Assembly: GCA_052426225.1 (NCBI GenBank)
Contig: JBNJNM010000011.1
Location: 4,154,001-4,218,000 of the forward strand
DNA from: Zancudomyces culisetae HAW-14-8
Taxonomy: Eukaryota > Fungi > Kickxellomycota
Reading direction: 5' to 3'
Length of the DNA stretch: 64,000 nt
Part shown: in pieces, positions 56,227 through 64,000 of the stretch
Layout: each line of letters opens with the position of its first letter
Position numbering within the stretch: position 1 is the first letter of the stretch
Position numbers and translations under genes: made by a program
The notes under the pieces: model-generated
Database searches by the model: none
The model's input: the letters and a program-made list of their open reading frames with translations, nothing else
What the model was told of the DNA's origin: nothing

Positions 56227-59200
56227 TTTAACCTTGCTTTTTGTATCAACTCTTTTCTTTTGTAATTCAGCAAGTCTATCTCGCGTAGAGTTTACTATTC
56301 TCTGCAGAATTAGCTGTCTTTTTTTTTTGTAATGTTTTGAGATTTATTTGGATCGTAGGCAGGAAAAAGCAGATTCTTTTATATATGCCTTGTGATGTAC
56401 AGTTGATAATGGGAAATATGTCCTGTGATTAATATCCTGTTTGAAACTTTACATTCCAAGAGGAGATTATTAACAATGATATAAGGTCCTCGATTTGGAG
56501 TTCTCTGAGTTGTATTTTCGAACGGTCTTTTCCTTTCAACAGTACTTGAGCTTTGTAAACCAATACTACACTGAGAACAAAAAAAAACTACGTACAGGAT
56601 TAATATACAAAGACCAAATGTGAATTTTGCACTTAGATACCGAAAATCGACCTTAATTCTATTGTGCTGTTATGAAGTGCTAGTGCTCAAAACGCTGCAA
56701 GAACAGCTAGAGTCATTATAATGTTGTGATTGAAGCAAATTCGGCAAATAATTACCATTTTTTTCGTTCACTTTTTTCTTTCAATTTACTTTACATCTTC
56801 CATTACTAATACTACCACAAATTGATGTGGATTAAAGGGAAAGGCTGTGGGAATAAGCAATTTGCCTGAACAATTATTGAAGCGACCATTTGCTTATTTT
56901 GTAAAAAAAAAAAACGGAAAAAAAATGAGCAAATGGAAGGATCGAAAAATGGGTTTGAATCAGATGAATGAGCGAGGATTGCATTTTCCACAATCTCAAA
57001 TCAAGAAATCTATGCATTTCATGGGCAAACAGTATTGACCAAATATCCAGAATATTAGGCGCTATATTGCGAAAAAATAAAGAAAAATCATAATACTTGA
57101 TTATATAAAATTCTTGGGATAAACGAGTTACAACTCACTAGTGTTTATATCTCGTGCGACTAACAAAACAATTGTGGATCTAGTTTTTCGGGTTTCTGGG
57201 TAACCTGGATGCTGGCTTTATATTGATAGTAACACACACTATTCTCGAAGAGCCAACATATATCACTGTGAAAATACATTAGGGACAGCTAATCAAATCG
57301 CTATTGCAATCAATCATTCTTTAAAAAAGAAAATCCTGCCTTTATAGATTCCTGATCAATTTTTTTATTTTAAAGGAATGACGAATTAAGTCTTGTCGAT
57401 CAAAAACAGAAATCATAAACTAGAAAATAGCGGTAACAACCAAATGCTGTAGCAGTCCCAGTATACCAGTACTGTGCTTTTATACTGGAAGGGTGATATA
57501 CCATCTGTGCTGTGTGTATCGAAGTAACCAAATACCAAGTGTACTTAACTCGCGTCAAATGACTTGAAAGGAGGGGAGGTAGGTGTAATCTTCCACCAGC
57601 TGTGGTGGAATTTTTCATTTCTCTAGCCACAGGTGGAGAGATTGTGTGTTGCTACTTTCAAGGAGAAGCGAAGGAGAGAAGCGTGTATGTATTACATAAA
57701 CAGACGCGAATTGTAAAAAGAGGAAAAGCAAAGGATATTTATCCAATAGCCGTATAAAGCAGCCTATGAAATTGCCCCCATTACAATGGTTAAATACCAT
57801 TCACCCGAGACAATGATTAGCATTGTTTAAACCAATGAATTTTAGATACAATAATTTGTAATTGTGTTATGGGCACATGATTAAGGTATTTTTATTGGTG
57901 AAGCATACTTTAACAAGTTATAACAACACAAATTTTTAATTGGACAAGACTAAATGTCGGTAAGTGAAACAACCAGGTTTACCAAATTTTTAGAATTTCT
58001 CAATAAAAAAATTTTTTTTGTTTAAACATTTAAGTGGTTCAAGAAAATTTGGTAGTTTTTTTTTATCTCGTGAATTAATGATAAATGGGTTCTTTAAGGC
58101 GGGTTTAACAACCCAGATTTCTACGAATTATTTCTGTAAATTCAATATATGTGTGTAATTTTAATGTTCATTTACATTTTATTCTAATTTTATCAGGAGA
58201 AGCAAACTAGAAAAACATTAATTTTCCAAATATTTAATCAAAAACTAAAATCAGATTTATTGTAAGGGTGAAAAGTGAATTACAAGGTGGAGAAAAAATT
58301 ATTTCTGCTTTTCGGCATTTGGGTTTTAACCGCGAAAAATTTCGATTGTTTAAATATTTTTACTCAGTATAAGCTCTTTTTTTATACTCTGAAATAGATG
58401 GAATTTGCATAAAATATTCAAATCGAAGCCTCCCCCCCTCCTATTTTTTTTTATATTTGTGATTTTTTTCTTAAAAACAGAAAAGAAATCAAAAATCGCG
58501 ATATTTTTAGGTTATATAAAAAATATTTAATTCAAAGGTTGAATAAAGTATATACTATAAAAAATACCAAAATAACACCAGGAATTTCAGTACACACTCT
58601 TTGGTTCAGGAAATACAGGTGATTGAGGCACAAATGTAATTTTCAAGGGTAAGTAAAAAGAATTAAAACTGATATGGTAATTAGATTGTGAAAAAGATGA
58701 GATTGAGTTTTTTTTTTTGTTTGCTTTTACTTTGTCAAGAACTTGATGTTCCACGAGAATCTTCGAAGAAAAGAGGGCATATACCTTTATTATGATCTTC
58801 TTGGTATGCTTACGAGATTATTAATCGGGTTGTAAGATTTGTAAGAAGCCAAGGTACTAGTTGGTGACGCAAGAAATCCTTTTTTTATTTTATAAGGGAA
58901 TCTAGCGAATAAGCCCCTGATGAGAATCTTTATGTTTATATCACACATCCCCGTACTTACAGAGGAAGAAAAAAAACATTACAACACAATTAAACTCGGA
59001 AATATAAAGCGATTCTTTACATCAAATGGAGAGAAGGTGTATTCGAATCAATTATAGAAGCGTATCATTTACCATCTTTTGAAATGATTTCGGAATATGG
59101 AACATGCCAACTCCCAAGAGGGTTTTAAAAGACACAAAAATGCCACTGTATGGAAAAAAACACGCAATTCCCACTGAGGTCCGATCGGGGCGAGATTAAA

Positions 59201-59931
59201 AATGTAATAGGTATGAATAAACAAAGGAGCAGGTGGGAAGGGTATGAGACGGAGGATACTCGACATCAGTGTCGCTGAGTACAACAAGCTACAACGCTTC
59301 AAGATGATTCGGTATTACAATTTAAAAAAAGATGGTTATGTTTTTTTAAGCTAGACTGTTTAATCTATTGAATAAATTGGTATTGTAATAAAGAAAAAGC
59401 CGAACAGCCCAAGTCTCTAAATGTAGGGAGGAGGAGGGTGGTGGTGTAGGGATCAAGAGGGATATATGTCAAAACTAGAAAATAGATCGTAATAAAGTAA
59501 AATCGAAAACTTCAAACGAGATTTCTTTTCTATTTGCGATGCTAAAGAGAATATCTTAAAGAGAAACGTATGCAATTTTTGCTCACTCACACCTTGGATA
59601 AAAGGATTCGGAATTGGAAACAAAATGGCGGGGATGAGTATAGAGAAGTGGGGCGAGTAGGAGGATGTGGTGGGAATTTTTGTATGGTTGGGTGGAGATA
59701 AAATTTTTTTTTGTTAAATAACACTCACGAGCTGTATTTTGAAAGTATTCGTAATGAAAAAGGAGTGGGTATATGTTGGGGGATATTATTTTATTACTTT
59801 TGGGTTTAAAATTTAATAACTACACAGTATACCTTAAGATATATATAATTTCTCAAGAGTTGTAATATTTAATTGGTGATGACTATTAAAATAGGGTTAA
59901 AAAGATTTAAAAAACCAGATAAGGGAATAGG

Positions 59932-62910
59932 ATGATAGCAGATATACAAAGAACAAACGAGTCGGCGGGAACTTGGCTTGAAGAGCTGGAAAGTGAAGTT
60001 GCGATGATAGTTCCGCTCTCGCGCAAACATGAGGAGATAAAAACAAGTGGTAGCGGCAGTGGGGGAGGAGTGGGAGCAAAAGATAACAAGTCGGAGTACC
60101 TGATCAGGAAATTGAAGCGAAAGTTGGGGCATAAGGAGATGGATGCAGTGGTGATATCAGTATCAGGCTCGAGATCGGGATCGGGATCGGGATTAGGGCA
60201 AAACAAAACGCCAGGGATAAGAGCAAGTAGTGAGGAAGAGGTAGCAAGTGATGCTTTTGGAGGAGGAGATGCTATGGAGGACCGTGATTCTTCACTTGGA
60301 ATGGGGGGAGGAAGTGTGCTACCATGGCGACTCAGCAGCAACATTGGTTCAGATCTGATGGAGTTGGGGAATATGGAATTAGTGATAGACAGGTGGAGCG
60401 AACTAGGCAGCCCTACAAAACTGATCATTATGTACTGTTTGATTGGACTTGGAGAGAAAAAGCTGGGTACCGTAAAAAACCTTGTAGAGAAAATTGCTCA
60501 ATTGGCAGAATCGGATAGGAAGAACTCAGAATGGGTTAGCATTACAGGAAAGCTGGTAGGAAGAGTAGGAGTGGAAGGCACTATGAGAGACATTGCAGCT
60601 TTGAAGGAGTTGATGAGCACAGACAGCCTCGATGGAGACGAGGTTCTAATTGATGATCTCAATAAATCTATAGACAAGATAGTAAATATAGTTCACAGTA
60701 ACATATTCAGATTAATTCCCAAAGAATGGAGGTACTTGAGTGAGGAGATCAGGCGCAGCATAGCGCCAAACATGACTGTAGGAAGCTACTCAGGAGAGCC
60801 TGTACTTGAAATGTCGGCATCAGCAAACACACTCGAGGTGGATAATTGGGGGCTTAACATGTACACGAATCCTAAATTTGCAGTTAACCATAGCAAGCGA
60901 CTGGAAAAGTTGCTGAAGGCTGCAGATGATGCCATAGCGACGGAACAGCAAAGACACCAACACCCAGCAGGTGCACGAATAGTCGGTGGTGTAATGGGTG
61001 GCAGGCCGGCATTATCAGCCGCAACAGGAGTGGCAGGGATGAAGAGACCTGGGGCAGGGCTTTACTCTGGAGCCGGGCGAAGGCATCCTGGTATGGGAAT
61101 GGGAATGGGAATCAGTGCTGCACCGGGACCAATTACGATTCCTTCTGATGGCACATCGTCCAATTTATCAAATACGATACCTACACCCACCAATGCTGCT
61201 CCTAACGCTGCTCAGAGCCTGATCTTTGGCGATGCACGAGGCAGAAGAGTCAGCGATGACTCACTCAGATCCTCACCCAGCGACTCTTCTTCATCACGCC
61301 TCTTCCTCAACCCCACTCGTAACCCAGTTTTTGGTGCCAACCCCATTACAACCACTCAACCCCGAAACAAGCTGGGAATGATTCCTCCTAAAAAGAAAAA
61401 ACCCATCCAGACAATCGGCGTGAGCACAAGCTCGCAATTGCCCGATTCTTCAAGCACGTGGAGAAGGCCTTCATTAATAAGTGCCACCTCACCTTCCCCT
61501 GTACCTCTTTCTGGCTCTTCTCCTGTAGCCAGCCGATCTGATCCATTCGTGATTCCAGATGATCGAAATGACAGTGCTGCCCCTCTGCATTCCAACCACA
61601 GCCTGCATTCAGGCGTTTTTGGTGGCAGTGGTGCGACTCCATACGGAGGCTTGCAAAGAAAGTCACGTATCCAATTTGTCGATATGCATGACAGTGTTGC
61701 TCTTATGCAGGAGCGTGAAAACACGATGAAGGAGATCAAAGAAAAAGTTCAAGAAGAACGTGAAGCAAAGAAACTGAAACGCAAACTTGCGATTGAAGCC
61801 AAAAAATCAACCACCGCTCAAAATAAACGCAAAAAGAAGAGAAGAGCTTCTCGGGACAGCGACGATGATGATATTGAAGAAGACGATGATAACTATGATG
61901 ATCAGGAGAACGAAGATGCCGACAATCAAGCCGAAAGTGATACTGATGAATCTCGTGAACGGAAACGGCAGAAAGGGCGTGACAATCGCAGCGCATCTAC
62001 CGGTCCTGTGGATGTCGACGTCTCCTCGAGTCCCTCTGAACCTCTCGCAAGTACAGCCAGCAACTCTACAAACGCTAACCAGAACGATAACCAAGATCAA
62101 GATGATCAAGATGATTCCGATGTTGAGCTGGCCAAAATAGTTAAACTACAACCCAAATCAAAGACACAATCTACTGTCGCAACTGATTCAGATCCATCTC
62201 TTTTGGATACTGCCAATGCTACTAGCAATGGTAAGGACAAAGAAAAGGCTAAGGGAAAAAGAGGAAGAAAGAAGAAGGACACTACTACTACTACTACTAC
62301 TACTACAGCTGCTCACAATCAGCATGACGAAGATGCACATACTGCTGAAGGAAATACCATTCCAGCTCATTCAAACGAACCGATAATTCCTCAAAAACGC
62401 AATTTGCGATCCAGAACTTTAAGAGCCCGTAACGAACAAGAACAGCTTGATAAACTTCTCTTTGACAGCAATCCTGCCGCAAACGTTGAAACTAACGCCA
62501 AGATATCTCTTGATACTCCTGACACTACAAACACGTCAACAAATACTAGCACTGGTATCGATGCTTCTATCATGGATAAATACAAAGACATGGTTGACCC
62601 GAATACCATCCGCCAGATCTTTGATGGTGCAAACGTTGTTTCTGATTTCGACAAATTCAAAATTCTTGATTTTTTGTCTGGTAAGCTAAACAGACCAGCC
62701 TCTTCACAACAGTCCACCAGTGGTTCTAATGATGCAGACAGCGGACCAGTCGACATTGTCTTGAAGAAATCTGAATCTCCCGATTCCGAATCTTCTAACA
62801 AGATCATCATTGAACAAGTTATTTTCCACATGAATGTTGGTACTGGTGAGTGGAAAATGATGAAGAAGCGTGTAAAGAAAAAGAAACCTGCCGCTTCAAA
62901 TCCTTCATAA
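59932..62910 (+). CDS. NELFA: Negative elongation factor A (NELF-A)-like protein
   Basis: 992 aa with three collinear blocks resembling metazoan NELF-A: N-terminal (WSELGSPTKL...IAQLAESD...WV...LIPKEWRYL), central (RKSRIQFVDM) and C-terminal (IFDGANVVSDFDKFKILDFLSG...VIFHMNVGTGEWKMMKK). Confidence 0.8.
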   Translation: MIADIQRTNESAGTWLEELESEVAMIVPLSRKHEEIKTSGSGSGGGVGAKDNKSEYLIRKLKRKLGHKEMDAVVISVSGSRSGSGSGLGQNKTPGIRASSEEEVASDAFGGGDAMEDRDSSLGMGGGSVLPWRLSSNIGSDLMELGNMELVIDRWSELGSPTKLIIMYCLIGLGEKKLGTVKNLVEKIAQLAESDRKNSEWVSITGKLVGRVGVEGTMRDIAALKELMSTDSLDGDEVLIDDLNKSIDKIVNIVHSNIFRLIPKEWRYLSEEIRRSIAPNMTVGSYSGEPVLEMSASANTLEVDNWGLNMYTNPKFAVNHSKRLEKLLKAADDAIATEQQRHQHPAGARIVGGVMGGRPALSAATGVAGMKRPGAGLYSGAGRRHPGMGMGMGISAAPGPITIPSDGTSSNLSNTIPTPTNAAPNAAQSLIFGDARGRRVSDDSLRSSPSDSSSSRLFLNPTRNPVFGANPITTTQPRNKLGMIPPKKKKPIQTIGVSTSSQLPDSSSTWRRPSLISATSPSPVPLSGSSPVASRSDPFVIPDDRNDSAAPLHSNHSLHSGVFGGSGATPYGGLQRKSRIQFVDMHDSVALMQERENTMKEIKEKVQEEREAKKLKRKLAIEAKKSTTAQNKRKKKRRASRDSDDDDIEEDDDNYDDQENEDADNQAESDTDESRERKRQKGRDNRSASTGPVDVDVSSSPSEPLASTASNSTNANQNDNQDQDDQDDSDVELAKIVKLQPKSKTQSTVATDSDPSLLDTANATSNGKDKEKAKGKRGRKKKDTTTTTTTTTAAHNQHDEDAHTAEGNTIPAHSNEPIIPQKRNLRSRTLRARNEQEQLDKLLFDSNPAANVETNAKISLDTPDTTNTSTNTSTGIDASIMDKYKDMVDPNTIRQIFDGANVVSDFDKFKILDFLSGKLNRPASSQQSTSGSNDADSGPVDIVLKKSESPDSESSNKIIIEQVIFHMNVGTGEWKMMKKRVKKKKPAASNPS

Positions 62911-63688
62911 ACATTCATTTACAAGAAAATGTTGATATTTTTTTTTCCTTCTTTTTTTGTATACATCATTGCTTTTTTTTTTCCTTTTACTACTTATTAG
63001 CCTTTTTTTTTCTTTATCCTGTACTTTATACCAAGTTTTTTATTTATTTATTTATCAATGACTACCTAAATATTCTCGCTACCCTTTTTGTCTGTTGGTT
63101 AATATCTACAATTTATATAAAACACTTTGCAATAAAAATAATAATAAAAGTATACTATTTGGATAATTACATTTTGTTACTACCATACATGTTCCATTCT
63201 GTATTATATCTTTAAACTTTACTTTTTACTTGTTGCTTAAATATAACTACATGCTTACAGTTTGCTCCCCTTACTCTCCCACCCTCTCCCACCCTCTCAC
63301 TTCTCCACCTGGTATTCTCAGATCAATTTATAAGTTCGGCTTTAATTTAATTTTTTTATTTGTTTACACATTTTGCTTGAATGATAGCTTACCAAATATA
63401 ACAAATATTCAAAATCCTGATTTGATCATATATTTATTCGTTCTATACAAAAATAAATTACATCTAGTACTTCAGCATTGGTGAATATATTGCGGCTGTA
63501 CACTTGTACATTTCCATTAGAAATATTTATTCAAAACATTTTTTTTCTCTCTCTTTCTCTCTTCTTCTCTCCCTCCCTCCCTCTTCCTGTTTTTAACAGT
63601 AACAACTTTAATATAAAAAGTGTATATACGAAACTCTATGGACGGATAGTAAAAGTTGAAAGAAATGCAGTACAAATAAAATGAAAAT

Positions 63689-64000
63689 ATGAAACTAGGA
63701 ACCACAGAAATGTCTCTTTATGCAGTCGATAATGACGACAAAGATAGAAATAGCAGTACCGATATTGGTGGTAGGTGTACACCAGGTACTTCATACAAAC
63801 ATAGCGTAAACGTAAACGTAAACGACAATGGCAACAGCCACAGCTGTCAAAAATGTTTATATACTATCCCCTTTCACTTGCTTGTATCTATATATTTAAT
63901 GTCTGAGAATAGCCAAGTAGGTATAGTATCCAAACTGTTATACCAAGCATCAAAAAACTGGAATTTAACTTTAAAATTTCTTGTACACAATTTTGGAATA
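63689..64000 (+). CDS. 5' part of a protein with an F-box-like motif; runs off the window
   Basis: Open for 104 codons from ATG 63689 to the window end. LYTIPFHLLVSIYLMSENSQVGIVSKLLYQAS fits L..LP.ELL..IF.......L..VSK. Confidence 0.55.
   Translation, partial: MKLGTTEMSLYAVDNDDKDRNSSTDIGGRCTPGTSYKHSVNVNVNDNGNSHSCQKCLYTIPFHLLVSIYLMSENSQVGIVSKLLYQASKNWNLTLKFLVHNFGI

Noticed and set aside
56300-59350. Selenoprotein gene or tRNA-Sec
   Set aside because: No in-frame TGA within a recognisable redox motif and no tRNA cloverleaf found.

Overview
AT-rich eukaryotic DNA with short GT-AG introns. A DASH subunit, a Gis2/Byr3 protein and a Zrt-type ZIP transporter indicate a fungus; an early-diverging lineage is my inference. 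Left to right: 3' exon of RPS24; an intact two-ORF non-LTR retrotransposon (840-6818, poly(A) tail, 14-bp target-site duplication) nested inside a decayed relative; a divergent NOX-family gene; a 7-exon CNBP/Gis2 gene; Ask1; a DH-PH RhoGEF; a Tra2-like splicing factor with a 16-nt microexon; a giant intronless midasin (MDN1/Rea1); a scramblase-like gene; a LisH-CTLH-WD40 gene; a ZIP transporter; an orphan membrane protein; a NELF-A-like gene; and the start of an F-box-like ORF. Best leads: (1) a fungal NELF-A homolog, part of the Pol II pausing machinery that yeasts lack; (2) a covarying three-way-junction RNA structure at the 3' end of both LINEs; (3) possible Tra2 autoregulation through the microexon and a poison exon; (4) a sawtooth G/C strand skew; (5) two hairpin-rich intergenic segments. 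All homology calls come from motif recognition by eye; no searches were run.
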